A program made the translations under genes and the position numbers. From an uncultured virus (IMG/VR IMGVR_UViG_3300027861_004723) (taxonomy: Duplodnaviria; Heunggongvirae; Uroviricota; Caudoviricetes), in IMG/VR virus record IMGVR_UViG_3300027861_004723: 64,000 nucleotides of DNA. The stretch is one strand, 5' to 3'. Within the stretch, counting starts at the first letter, position 1, and each line of letters starts with the position of its first letter. This document shows positions 49,654-59,270 of the stretch, piece after piece. The notes below the pieces were generated by a model. That model saw nothing but the letters and a program-made list of their open reading frames with translations. It was not told where the DNA came from and did no database searches.

Positions 49654-49726
49654 AAAACCCCAAACACCAAATCTTAGACATTGAAAAATAACTAATCTTT
49701 AATACAATAGAACAAAGGACTTAAAT

Positions 49727-49993
49727 ATGATGAATCAAATGGCTAAATTAATTGAACTGGTAAATGACCTCAAAGCAGGCACGGTTACTCCGAAAGAGCT
49801 TGCTGAGAAAGTCAAAGCAAGCCTGCCGCCAGGCATTCTCGCTATGGCTAAAACAGAAACCCCAGAATCTATCATAGCTAAGCTAGAGCCCCTAGCTACT
49901 ACTTTTATGGGTAAGGACGTAGCTGATCTATTGAAAGCAGAAGCAACGGTTAAGCTACTCGGACAAGCCCTAGATATCGTAAAGGCTGAGTAG
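49727..49993 (+). CDS. Hypothetical protein
   Basis: TTGAAA..TACAAT promoter, AAGGA SD. Confidence 0.7.
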   Translation: MMNQMAKLIELVNDLKAGTVTPKELAEKVKASLPPGILAMAKTETPESIIAKLEPLATTFMGKDVADLLKAEATVKLLGQALDIVKAE

Positions 49994-50005
49994 AAGAAGA
50001 CAGAA

Positions 50006-50332
50006 ATGAAATTAGTTGAAATTGAGTCTCCCTTTGCAGGAGACATAGAGAAGAACATTAAATATGCCAGAGCATGTATGAGCGATAGCCTGCATAGAGG
50101 AGAGGCTCCCCTTGCATCCCATCTGCTCTATACTCAGGAAGGGATCCTCGATGATACTGTCCCCGAAGAACGAAAGCTCGGAATGGAAGCCGGTAAAGTT
50201 TGGTCCAAATTGGCTGAGTTAGTTGCCGTGTATACTGATCTCGGCATTAGTGGTGGGATGAAGTGGGGCGTTGAGGAGGCAAACAAAAACGGTATAACCG
50301 TCGAGTACCGTAGCCTTCCAAATTGGGAGTAG
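50006..50332 (+). CDS. Conserved phage protein (DUF4406 / nucleoside deoxyribosyltransferase-like fold)
   Basis: IESPFAGDIEKN..YAR, GEAPLASHLLYTQ, LDD..PEER, VYTDLGISGGM. Confidence 0.7.
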   Translation: MKLVEIESPFAGDIEKNIKYARACMSDSLHRGEAPLASHLLYTQEGILDDTVPEERKLGMEAGKVWSKLAELVAVYTDLGISGGMKWGVEEANKNGITVEYRSLPNWE

Positions 50333-50358
50333 CTAGTAGACAATACTCAATCTATAAT

Positions 50359-50388
50359 AAAAAACCCGGCCTTCAAGCCGGGTTTTTT
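50359..50388. terminator. Bidirectional terminator
   Basis: aaaaaacccggc-cttcaa-gccgggtttttt between convergent genes. Confidence 0.9.
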
Positions 50389-50410
50389 GTATCTGGTTGT
50401 ATGCTTTAGC

Positions 50411-50788
50411 TTAGAGTCCCCAGAAGCCTAGACCTAGAAGGCCAGGTGCTGGAGCAGGTTTTGCGAAGGTAGGTCTCATTGTCTGTGCTGCAGCGCCAGC
50501 GTTCCGAGCACGGCAACGCCATTTTCTCCAACCTCTTTTGTTGGCACAAGGGCCTCTACCCTGACCGTGGCGACGACGGTTACCTTTTTGCCACCCAGCA
50601 GCCCGAGCCTTTGCACGAAAAGCTTTTTTCTTGGCCCTTCTAGCAACCTTGCGACCAGATCGACGTGCATTACGTGCTTTACGGCGCATTCCGCGTCTGC
50701 GACCTCTGCGGCGACCTCTGCCACCACGACCACTTAGTTCTCCGAACCATGTGTCACTTAAATCACCGAAATTACCTGGTCTTTGCAT
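50411..50788 (-). CDS. Protamine-like Arg-rich protein with RPG..WFG leader
   Basis: MQRPGNFGDLSDTWFGELSG then RGRRRGRRRGMRRKARNARR. Confidence 0.75.
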   Translation of the reverse strand: MQRPGNFGDLSDTWFGELSGRGGRGRRRGRRRGMRRKARNARRSGRKVARRAKKKAFRAKARAAGWQKGNRRRHGQGRGPCANKRGWRKWRCRARNAGAAAQTMRPTFAKPAPAPGLLGLGFWGL

Positions 50789-50944
50789 ATTACTACCCTT
50801 TGCATCCATATTATCAAATTTTTGTTATTTTTGTTATATTTTTTTACGAGATAAACACAAGCTGGGCTTTAGTTTGAACATTCCAGTTTACTAGCGGCTT
50901 GCAAAATAAGGAATTTGTAGTAGAATATCTCAAATGAGGATTTT

Positions 50945-52981
50945 ATGCCTGACTTAGTCATTATGGAAAGTGCTACCAAGTGTAAAAAAGCACAAAAATA
51001 TCTGGGTAGTGGGTATGTATGTATCTCATCAAAGGGTCACGTCATTGATTTGCCACGTAAAAAGTTTGGAGTCAAAATTAAAAATGACTTCGAGCCAACG
51101 TATGAAACAATGGCAGAAAAGAAAAGCATCCTAAAAGAGATCTTAACTTTGGCCAAAGATGCAGATACTGTATATCTAATGGCTGACCCGGATAGAGAAG
51201 GTGAGGCAATAGCCTGGCATCTTTCACGATCCTTACCCAAGGGCAAGAAATTCAAGAGAGCTACCACAAACTCTATTACTAAAGACGCCATTCTAGCAGC
51301 TATTAAAAACGCAGGCGATCTAGATTTCGATCTAATCAATGCCTATGAGTGCCGCCGTATTCTAGACAGAATCGTCGGGTTTAAGTGCTCCTACCCAGTA
51401 AAGATGGCTACGGGCGGCATCTCCGTAGGCAGAACCCAAAGCGCTGGATTAAGGATTCTGGGAGAACGAGAGCTTGAAATCCAAAATTTCGTTCCCGAAG
51501 AGTATTTTACCATCGAAGGAGTTTTGGTTTCCGAAGGCGGCGAGAAGATCACAGTTGATATTAAAAAGCCGAAACCTTTGGATATCAATACATCTGACCT
51601 TGCTGATGAGATTCTAAGTAATTTTCTCGCGGGACCTATTATCGTCGCTAAATACGAAACAAAACAAGCCCAGACAAGGCCATCAGCACCGTTCCGCACT
51701 TCAACAATGCAACAGGCAGCTAGCAGCTTTTTGGGTATGAGCCCTAAACGCGCTATGGGGGCCGCACAAAAACTATATGAGAGCGGGTCCATTACCTATC
51801 ACAGAACTGATAGCTTAAATATCGTTCCGCCTGAAATGGCCAAGATCAGAGGCTACATCTCTAGTAATTTTGCAGTGGGCTATCAAACAGCAAGCGTAAA
51901 TAGTTACAGCGGCAAGGTAAAAAACGCCCAGGAAGCTCACGAGGCTATACGCCCAACTGATATCAGTAAGAAGGCCTTAGCAGGCGATGGCACTAGCGAC
52001 CAAGCTAGGCTGTATCAGCTAATTTGGAAACGCACGGTAGCTAGCCAGCTAACAAACGCCAAGTTTGAGCGGCGCAGAGCTTTATTCGCTGTAGCTAATA
52101 AACCAACTTGGATTCTTGGTGCTAATGGAAGCAAGATGCTTTTTGACGGGTTTCGTAAAATATGGAACTACTCAAAAAGCGAGGACGTTTATTTGCCAGA
52201 CTTAGCTGAAGGAGAGTCAGCGGGGGTTGAGAAGCTAGATAAAATTCGTAAAGAGACGAAGCCGCCTGCTCGTTATAGCGAAGCTAGCTTTATTAAGAAG
52301 CTAGAAGAGACGGGTATTGGGCGTCCATCTACTTTTCAAAGCATTCCAGAAACCCTAAAAGCAAGAGATTACATAGTAATCGAAAATAGAAGCATCACAA
52401 CAACGGCATTAGGCCTAACAGTGATGAAGTTTTGCGTGGAGGTTGATTTTTGCTTTATAGATCTAAGCTTTACGGCTAAGATGGAAGAACTATTAGATGA
52501 AATCTCTAATAAGGAAAAGGAAAAACTTCCCACCTTAGAAGACTTTTGGGAAAGGCTTCAATCGGATCTAGAAAATTGCAAAAACAAAACTGTGGAAAAC
52601 AGTAAGACGGATTACCCCTGCCCCAAGTGCGATGGAGAGCTAGTCAAGAAGCACTCTCGATTTGGTGCTTTCTATAGTTGTTCTAATTATTCAAAGAAAA
52701 CCTGCGACTATAAAGCCGATGTGGGCTCCGAGGGGGAGCCTAAAGAAAAGGTTAAGAAAGAGAAGAAAGAAGTCATCCTCAGCGAATATGATTGCCCGGT
52801 ATGCAAAACAGCTAAGATGGTAAAACGCGAAGGCCGATATGGCGTCTTTTATGGTTGCTCCTCATGGGTGAAAACTAAGTGCAAAGGCATCTTAGATAAA
52901 GATGGCAAGGTCAAAGAGCCTAAGTGGAAGAAGCGCGGTAAGAAGAAGAAAACTACCAAAAAGACAAAGAAAAAAGACTAA
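50945..52981 (+). CDS. topA: DNA topoisomerase I (type IA)
   Basis: LVIMES, GHVIDLP, DPDREGEAIAWH, ITYHRTDS, AQEAHEAIRPT, GIGRPST; two C-terminal zinc ribbons; Lys-rich tail. Confidence 0.95.
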   Translation: MPDLVIMESATKCKKAQKYLGSGYVCISSKGHVIDLPRKKFGVKIKNDFEPTYETMAEKKSILKEILTLAKDADTVYLMADPDREGEAIAWHLSRSLPKGKKFKRATTNSITKDAILAAIKNAGDLDFDLINAYECRRILDRIVGFKCSYPVKMATGGISVGRTQSAGLRILGERELEIQNFVPEEYFTIEGVLVSEGGEKITVDIKKPKPLDINTSDLADEILSNFLAGPIIVAKYETKQAQTRPSAPFRTSTMQQAASSFLGMSPKRAMGAAQKLYESGSITYHRTDSLNIVPPEMAKIRGYISSNFAVGYQTASVNSYSGKVKNAQEAHEAIRPTDISKKALAGDGTSDQARLYQLIWKRTVASQLTNAKFERRRALFAVANKPTWILGANGSKMLFDGFRKIWNYSKSEDVYLPDLAEGESAGVEKLDKIRKETKPPARYSEASFIKKLEETGIGRPSTFQSIPETLKARDYIVIENRSITTTALGLTVMKFCVEVDFCFIDLSFTAKMEELLDEISNKEKEKLPTLEDFWERLQSDLENCKNKTVENSKTDYPCPKCDGELVKKHSRFGAFYSCSNYSKKTCDYKADVGSEGEPKEKVKKEKKEVILSEYDCPVCKTAKMVKREGRYGVFYGCSSWVKTKCKGILDKDGKVKEPKWKKRGKKKKTTKKTKKKD

Positions 52982-53046
52982 GATACACCCACAAAAGCCT
53001 CACAAAAAGCCCCTTGGATAAGACATAATTTTGATATACTCTATAC

Positions 53047-56000
53047 ATGGGAAACATTAGAAGATGGGGCCATTCCAGATCCCGCAGACAAGCACGCTTA
53101 AGAAGAAATCCTTGGACATCAAGTATGGGCCTACGAAGAAATCCACAGCATGACCCACAAGATGGGCATGATCACCTTGGCTACTTAAATAACCCCGTAG
53201 ACGGTGATGACCTGGCTATGGATGCTCAGATGTTAAATAGAGCTAGAGCTGCCTGGAAAGGCTACCAAGCACTAATCGATTACGCACGATACGCAGGTAA
53301 AGAAGAGTTTCACTACAAAGACATATTTGAAAATATGATGAAGAAGGCTAAGAGGTATGGCTTCTCATCTGCAGGCCAGAAGAAGTTCTGGAGAGACATG
53401 CTTCTCCGTATGGAGCGTTATGTAGAGCGGGAATCCGCCCCAAGCCAATCCGCCCCAAGCCAACCCGCACAAAGATCCCGCCAAAGGTCCTACACAGGCA
53501 GAGGTTCCTGTGATACCGTTTCTCCGCGAGAGTCTCTATACAGCACTACGTGGTGTAAAGTCTGCAGTATAAAAATAAAAAAAGGTGAGAACATAGTTCC
53601 TTGGAATGGCTCTAGTGCAGGAATCTGGGTTCACGAAGATTGCTGTGATAGCCCTATCCTTGCCCCCTTTGGCTCTACCTGCCGCGCTTGTGGAGAAAAT
53701 GTAGCAAAGGGCGATTCGCAAGAGGTGTGGAAGGATAAGAAATCTCAGATTTGGGTTCACGAAGAATGCTATGAGACAGACATAGGTGCGAAGAGCGTTA
53801 CTAGCTGCCTCGTATGCCGTAATGAAATAGAAATTGATGATTCTATAGCTCCTTGGGCAGAAACAAAAAATGCTCTAGGCAAACTCTTGTGGGTCCACGA
53901 AGAGTGCGAAGGAGGAAAGATAGCAGTAGATATACCTGAAAAATTTAGAAATTTTGACCCATCTACATACCAGTCGGCAATTAAAGAAGAGTATCTAGAA
54001 ACAGACTCCCATCTCATTATTGATGCAAAAGCAGGGTCTGGAAAGACTACTACATTAGAATGGCTTGTTTATACCACACATAGCCACCCATCAAAAAATA
54101 TTCTAATGATGGCGTTTAATAAGAGCATTGCTAATGAACTCAATGGAAGAATGAGTCATATCCCTAGAGTAGCGGCAAGCACACTAAACTCTTTTGGAAA
54201 CTCTTTAGTGGGCAAGGCATATAAGTGGCCTAAAAAACTAGATGCCAAAAAGATTTCGATCTTAGCACAAGTTCAATTTCCATTTAAGAAAAAAGATCAA
54301 GATAAAATCAATCTTGTTGGGCACGCATTTGATGAACGGGTTGATAGAAATCGAAAAATAGTTGATTGTTTGCAGAAGATCATTGATAAAGTTAAGTCAA
54401 ATCTAGCAACTCCAGACCAATACGAAGAAATCATTTCCCACTATAACATCAAGAATTACCATGAACTGGATGACGAAGGTCAGCAATTAGTCCTAGACAC
54501 TATTCCGGAACTACTTGAGGAAAATATCCGAGTAGCAGAAGAGTTTATTGACTTCAATGATCAGATTTTCCTACCTATAATCTCTGCCTACCAGAAAAAA
54601 ACCGGAGAACAGGTTCTGTCCGACACAGCCATGGGCTTACTAAAGAAGGTTCGATTCCCTCGCGGCAAATCCCAAATAGACGTATTGTTTGTCGATGAGT
54701 CCCAGGATCTGAACCGCTGCCAGCAAGAGCTAGCATTACTAGCAATTGGAGATAAAGGCCGTTTAATTTGTGTTGGTGACCCAAAACAGAGCATCTACGC
54801 TTTTTCCGGAGCCGATTCATCCTCTATGGATCGCATGCTTCACCTGCTTTCAGAGACAAATAGAGGCTGCCGAAAAATGGATCTCAGCGTTACTTTCCGC
54901 TGCCCAAGGGCCGTTGTTCAGGAAGCACAATGTATTCTGCAAACCGTAGTTGGAGATGGTAGTGAGCCTCCAATGCCCGTCCTAGGCCCCGACGAAACAA
55001 CAATCTTGCCCGCACCGGGTGCTCCAGAAGGAGTAGTAAGAGAAATGTTTGAGGATGAGGCTATGGATAACATTACTGTAGAAGATGATGCAGTTATGCG
55101 TGGCGATCATGTTCCTACAATGATTTTATGCAGGGCGAACGCACCTCTCTTTGGAGCAGCTTTACGACTCCTAAGCCGAGGCATACCCGTAAAAGTGATT
55201 GGCCGGGATATAGGCAAGTCACTTAAGAAGTATATAGATGGTATCAACAATAAGATCAAACCTAAAAACAATGAATCCATAGAGAAATTTGCCAGAGCTT
55301 TGCAGGTGAGACTTGATAATATTCGTGAGCATGAAAGAAAACTTATCAAAGCTAATGAATTCGACCCTGAGAATGAAGAAAGTCCATATAGCACGGAAAA
55401 AGATCAGATAGCTGCAATTTACATGCTTGCTTGCGGCGGAGACCCCAACTCACCTTGTGCAGAGGGAGAAGGCCTGAACTTACCAAATTCAGTAACAGGG
55501 TTAAAAGAGGGTATCGACAACCTCTTTAATGGCGGCTCCTGTCCAGATAATACAAGACACCCAGTAGGGGTTGAGGATGACTTCTGCCCAATTTGCGCTA
55601 ACAATCAATATGATGCTTCTGGAACGCTGCTTGTAGAAGGCCATTCTGTCCCGGTAATAAAGAGACCTGGAGTCATATTCAGCACCGTCCACAAATCTAA
55701 GGGGCTAGAAGCACTTAAGATTTATATTCTAGCTCCCGAAAAGCTAGGTAGGCTATTCCCAGATGCAACAGCCGAAGACCAACGCCAAGAAATACACTTG
55801 TGGTATGTAGCTGTAACTAGAACTAAATTTACTAGAGAAGATTCTGATTCGGGTGTGCTGACCTACTTAATAGATGAGGAGAGCGATCATCCGTCTAGAC
55901 TGTGTATACAGGATGAGCACGAGCATGATCGCAGACCACCTTCTCGCCCCCCAGCACGAGTACAACACGACCCAGAACCTGAGTTCGACCCACCCTTTGA

Positions 56001-56550
56001 GCCAGATGAGGGCCCCGATGAACCACGCTACGAGCAGGAACCAGAAGCTCCTGGTAGCACTCAGTTTGTAACTATTGAAAAATTAAACGACATGTCGCTC
56101 CCGACAATGCCCAAAACAGGAAAAAGAGGTTCTTTTACAGAACCCACTATGGCTATATGGGCAGAGATGCGTAATCTTTATGCTGACCTTGGAATTCCAG
56201 CCAAGCTAGTTAGATTCCAGCGTTGGAACCAGTATGCCTTACTTGTGAATGGGGTAGCTATCAGTAGTAGCACCCTAGATGTAAGAGGCGGGTCTCGTGG
56301 TAAGCGCAAGGCCATCCGTGTTCTTACTTACAATGAGCGCGGCATTCCAATGGCTCGCTCCGGAAAAACTATTCGTCGTACTGGAGGCTGGGAAGGCCGT
56401 GTTCTTGAACGCTTGAACGGAATTCTACGAACCAAATCCCCTACTCCGAATGATATGGATAAGTTCGATGACTTGCAGGATCATGGACCAGCACGTCGTC
56501 GTAGAAACCCTTACACATACCGGTATAACCCCAATTATTTGTATGATTAA
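53047..56550 (+). CDS. UvrD/Rep-like SF1 helicase with three N-terminal CxxC..HxxC repeats
   Basis: AKAGSGKT, VDESQD, VGDPKQSIYAFSGA, TFRCP, STVHKSKGLE, YVAVTR. Confidence 0.9.
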   Translation: MGNIRRWGHSRSRRQARLRRNPWTSSMGLRRNPQHDPQDGHDHLGYLNNPVDGDDLAMDAQMLNRARAAWKGYQALIDYARYAGKEEFHYKDIFENMMKKAKRYGFSSAGQKKFWRDMLLRMERYVERESAPSQSAPSQPAQRSRQRSYTGRGSCDTVSPRESLYSTTWCKVCSIKIKKGENIVPWNGSSAGIWVHEDCCDSPILAPFGSTCRACGENVAKGDSQEVWKDKKSQIWVHEECYETDIGAKSVTSCLVCRNEIEIDDSIAPWAETKNALGKLLWVHEECEGGKIAVDIPEKFRNFDPSTYQSAIKEEYLETDSHLIIDAKAGSGKTTTLEWLVYTTHSHPSKNILMMAFNKSIANELNGRMSHIPRVAASTLNSFGNSLVGKAYKWPKKLDAKKISILAQVQFPFKKKDQDKINLVGHAFDERVDRNRKIVDCLQKIIDKVKSNLATPDQYEEIISHYNIKNYHELDDEGQQLVLDTIPELLEENIRVAEEFIDFNDQIFLPIISAYQKKTGEQVLSDTAMGLLKKVRFPRGKSQIDVLFVDESQDLNRCQQELALLAIGDKGRLICVGDPKQSIYAFSGADSSSMDRMLHLLSETNRGCRKMDLSVTFRCPRAVVQEAQCILQTVVGDGSEPPMPVLGPDETTILPAPGAPEGVVREMFEDEAMDNITVEDDAVMRGDHVPTMILCRANAPLFGAALRLLSRGIPVKVIGRDIGKSLKKYIDGINNKIKPKNNESIEKFARALQVRLDNIREHERKLIKANEFDPENEESPYSTEKDQIAAIYMLACGGDPNSPCAEGEGLNLPNSVTGLKEGIDNLFNGGSCPDNTRHPVGVEDDFCPICANNQYDASGTLLVEGHSVPVIKRPGVIFSTVHKSKGLEALKIYILAPEKLGRLFPDATAEDQRQEIHLWYVAVTRTKFTREDSDSGVLTYLIDEESDHPSRLCIQDEHEHDRRPPSRPPARVQHDPEPEFDPPFEPDEGPDEPRYEQEPEAPGSTQFVTIEKLNDMSLPTMPKTGKRGSFTEPTMAIWAEMRNLYADLGIPAKLVRFQRWNQYALLVNGVAISSSTLDVRGGSRGKRKAIRVLTYNERGIPMARSGKTIRRTGGWEGRVLERLNGILRTKSPTPNDMDKFDDLQDHGPARRRRNPYTYRYNPNYLYD

Positions 56551-56567
56551 TAAACTACGGAGAAACT

Positions 56568-56771
56568 ATGTGGGATGATTTTTACGGTAAGCAGAACAAC
56601 CCTTACGATGCTGATGATTTCAAACTGATATTGTTTGCACTAAAAGCATTAGTAGAGAACTGCCCGGATGGCGGGCTGGAAGAGTTATCTTCTCTGATCA
56701 GATTAACTAAAGAAGCACTAAAAACAGAACTTGGGGACGAGTCCTTCGATCATTCTCAAGATCTAGATTAA
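56568..56771 (+). CDS. Small hypothetical protein
   Basis: GGAG SD. Confidence 0.65.
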   Translation: MWDDFYGKQNNPYDADDFKLILFALKALVENCPDGGLEELSSLIRLTKEALKTELGDESFDHSQDLD

Positions 56772-56820
56772 TCTACGCCTTCGTTCTTGATCTTTATTCA
56801 CTATTCTTTATAATGGTCCT

Positions 56821-57060
56821 ATGTTCCCGTTAAATCTACACCCAAGAGAGATAGACTCCGTATATTCTATACAGATTAAAATCTGCCATCTGGATACCTC
56901 AAAAAGGCCCAAACCCATTAATAAATGCATCTGCTACAACGCCCATAGGCTGAGAATGGAGACTGGTGCAAAGGTGCAAACCCTCCTCCAACATCTACAA
57001 AATGAGATTGAAGATGAGCCCCTACGCACCAAAGAATCAAAGATGCCTAAAGATGCCTAA
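56821..57060 (+). CDS. Small hypothetical protein
   Basis: TTGATC-16-TATAAT-6nt-ATG. Confidence 0.7.
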   Translation: MFPLNLHPREIDSVYSIQIKICHLDTSKRPKPINKCICYNAHRLRMETGAKVQTLLQHLQNEIEDEPLRTKESKMPKDA

Positions 57061-57229
57061 GCTAAAACATCATCTAGAAAGACATATATGGTTTCCCTCA
57101 CGGGGCCATATCGACGCCCTGTTTGCAGATATGTTATCTGATCAAGTTGAAGATCAGGTCTGGGAGATCTATGAACGGCTCCGCCCTGCTGTAAGGCACC
57201 TACATAATCAAATTGAGGTAGAGGCATGA
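57053..57229 (+). CDS. Small hypothetical protein
   Basis: Overlapping operon gene; DQVEDQVWEI. Confidence 0.55.
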   Translation: MPKLKHHLERHIWFPSRGHIDALFADMLSDQVEDQVWEIYERLRPAVRHLHNQIEVEA

Positions 57230-57441
57230 TCCAGATTGAAATAGAAGACTTGGATCAGGTCGATTTCAGGCCAGTAGACCCTATATGGAACTATCTTGCT
57301 TGCAAAGGACAATTGTCAGGATATCCCGTTTGGGATAAAATCTGGGGTTCTATAAGAAACCCGGCACGAAGACAAATATCTAATAATTTAAGAACACCAA
57401 TCTTTTTCCAACTTCAAGATGATTACCCAGGATTTAAATGA
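57226..57441 (+). CDS. Small hypothetical protein
   Basis: ATGA overlap, GAGG SD. Confidence 0.65.
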   Translation: MIQIEIEDLDQVDFRPVDPIWNYLACKGQLSGYPVWDKIWGSIRNPARRQISNNLRTPIFFQLQDDYPGFK

Positions 57442-57701
57442 AAAACTACACCTATCGCCAATTCCATGACAATATTGTTCAAACTATCACACCAAAAAAA
57501 GCTCTATTCTTTCCGTTACGGCTCTTTGACAAGGAGCCTGCTTCTGAGGGTGGTAATTCCCGACTAGAGTCCAAAGATGGTAGCCTGTATATTGAAACTA
57601 GTGATTTCGATCAAGTTCATATATACGTTAGTGCTACCTCTAAGCGGGATCCAGAGAAGATCAAGAAAGCGCTTTTGCAGTTTCTCAATGAAGTTGAGTA
57701 G
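57438..57701 (+). CDS. Hypothetical protein
   Basis: ATGA overlap. Confidence 0.65.
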   Translation: MKNYTYRQFHDNIVQTITPKKALFFPLRLFDKEPASEGGNSRLESKDGSLYIETSDFDQVHIYVSATSKRDPEKIKKALLQFLNEVE

Positions 57702-57811
57702 GGGAGGCGTCGAGGATTCAAGACTTAGGGCTTTTCTTGACACAAGTAACTACATAGCTTAGAGTGCCTTGTGTCGAAAAGATTTTCCAACAGCTAGCAA
57801 ACGGGCATAGC

Positions 57812-58792
57812 ATGAAACGTCTCTCCCTTGTCCCTCTTTTGATCCTCGCAACAACACCCCTAGTGGCCAGAGCACAAGCACACCCAACAATTGCAAAAGC
57901 ATATAAAAGCACTTGTATGGTATCTGCAAAGGCGGCTGGCGGAGGCACTAGCCGTGGCACGGGGGTTCTCTTGTCAAGTGGGTATGTGCTTACAGCAGCT
58001 CATGTAGTAGACGCAAATGCGGATGGAAAACTCTCTCGCAACGAAAGAGAGGTAACCCTGAAGTTTCATTCCCCAAAACTGTTGGTAATGAAAGGATGGG
58101 TCATTTCCCTAGGTGATCCTACCGGGAAAACTCACAAGATTGATCTGGCAATCATTATCCCAGAGATTCACCTAGTTTCTAAGGTGACCTTGGCGAAGCA
58201 ACCTGTTGTTGGAACGCCTATTTTTACCATTGGTCATCCGATGGGAGCGCCTCCTTCCGTCACGGATGGTAGGATCTCTCACGCTACTCCCCGTACTGGC
58301 CGGATGACGGCCCCTATTTTCTCTGGAAATAGTGGGGGCGGCGTATTTCTCGCAGGATCACAAAATTGTGTAGGGATTGTAGTCAGGGTTTCCGTATTCC
58401 GCAACCAAATCATCACACACTTAGCGGAGTATGTTAGATCAGCCCATATTCAGAGAATTTTGAAGCATGTTGAGGCGAAGAGCAGCCCCCTAGAAATGCT
58501 TAGGTTCATGCAAGGTTTGATGCGGCTAAAGCCCGCAGCCAAAATCAAAAAGATCAAAAAGCCAAAGCTGCCGCCCAGAGCCAAGACTAAGAAACCCACA
58601 CACAAGCCCGCTAAGCCTAAAACTAAGAAAAGTTGTCAACAATGCAATAAGTGTGAGCTTGGGAAATGTGATCTCCGAAAACAAGGAAGAAACCCTTCTG
58701 GCTGCAAGCATCCTGTTTGTGAGAAATGCTGGAAAGCGCTTCTGGATGGCCTATTTACTCCGAAGAATAAGAAGCCAAACAAATACTGGTAG
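57812..58792 (+). CDS. Secreted trypsin-like serine protease
   Basis: Signal peptide MKRLSLVPLL..; LTAAHV, DLAII, GNSGGG; basic Cys-rich tail. Confidence 0.85.
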   Translation: MKRLSLVPLLILATTPLVARAQAHPTIAKAYKSTCMVSAKAAGGGTSRGTGVLLSSGYVLTAAHVVDANADGKLSRNEREVTLKFHSPKLLVMKGWVISLGDPTGKTHKIDLAIIIPEIHLVSKVTLAKQPVVGTPIFTIGHPMGAPPSVTDGRISHATPRTGRMTAPIFSGNSGGGVFLAGSQNCVGIVVRVSVFRNQIITHLAEYVRSAHIQRILKHVEAKSSPLEMLRFMQGLMRLKPAAKIKKIKKPKLPPRAKTKKPTHKPAKPKTKKSCQQCNKCELGKCDLRKQGRNPSGCKHPVCEKCWKALLDGLFTPKNKKPNKYW

Positions 58793-58818
58793 AAGATCCC
58801 CGGGTTTTCCCATCCATC

Positions 58819-58851
58819 AAAAGTAGCCCCAGATTTCTGGGGCTACTTTTT
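58819..58851. terminator. Bidirectional terminator
   Basis: aaaagtagccccaga-tt-tctggggctactttt. Confidence 0.9.
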
Positions 58852-58874
58852 AATCATTACAATGTTAGTTAGTC

Positions 58875-59156
58875 CTACAGGAGAGGGTTAACAGCGTCCG
58901 CAGAACCGGTTGCCTTGTGAGTATTAACTAGAGCAACTAGCTTGTCAATAAGAGCAGATGCCTCAGCTTGGGTAGCTGATAGCGCGGAATTCATTCCGGC
59001 TTTGCCTCCTGGGCAGCCTACTACAAGCGAGGTAGCACGTCCTACAAGTTGGCGAGCAGTTCTAACTGATCTGATTAACATCTTTTGCATTTTAGCAGCA
59101 CAAATGGAATCGGTTGGGCTTTGTGAGGCATCTGGTTTCATATCTGAAATGGGCAT
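58875..59156 (-). CDS. Hypothetical protein
   Basis: AGGAG SD; ends before the terminator. Confidence 0.7.
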   Translation of the reverse strand: MPISDMKPDASQSPTDSICAAKMQKMLIRSVRTARQLVGRATSLVVGCPGGKAGMNSALSATQAEASALIDKLVALVNTHKATGSADAVNPLL

Positions 59157-59270
59157 AATTATCTCCTGTTATCCTATATAGCATAAATACTATTTTTTTT
59201 TGTAATTTCTTTAAAACTTTTAACCAGCTACTACTACCTCATATTATACTAAATTTAGTAATATATAGAT

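Noticed and set aside
57040..57060. aagatgccta tandem duplication (also the 15-nt SAPSQ repeat at ~53432-53465)
   Set aside because: Two-copy micro-duplications consistent with ordinary slippage; no further structure.
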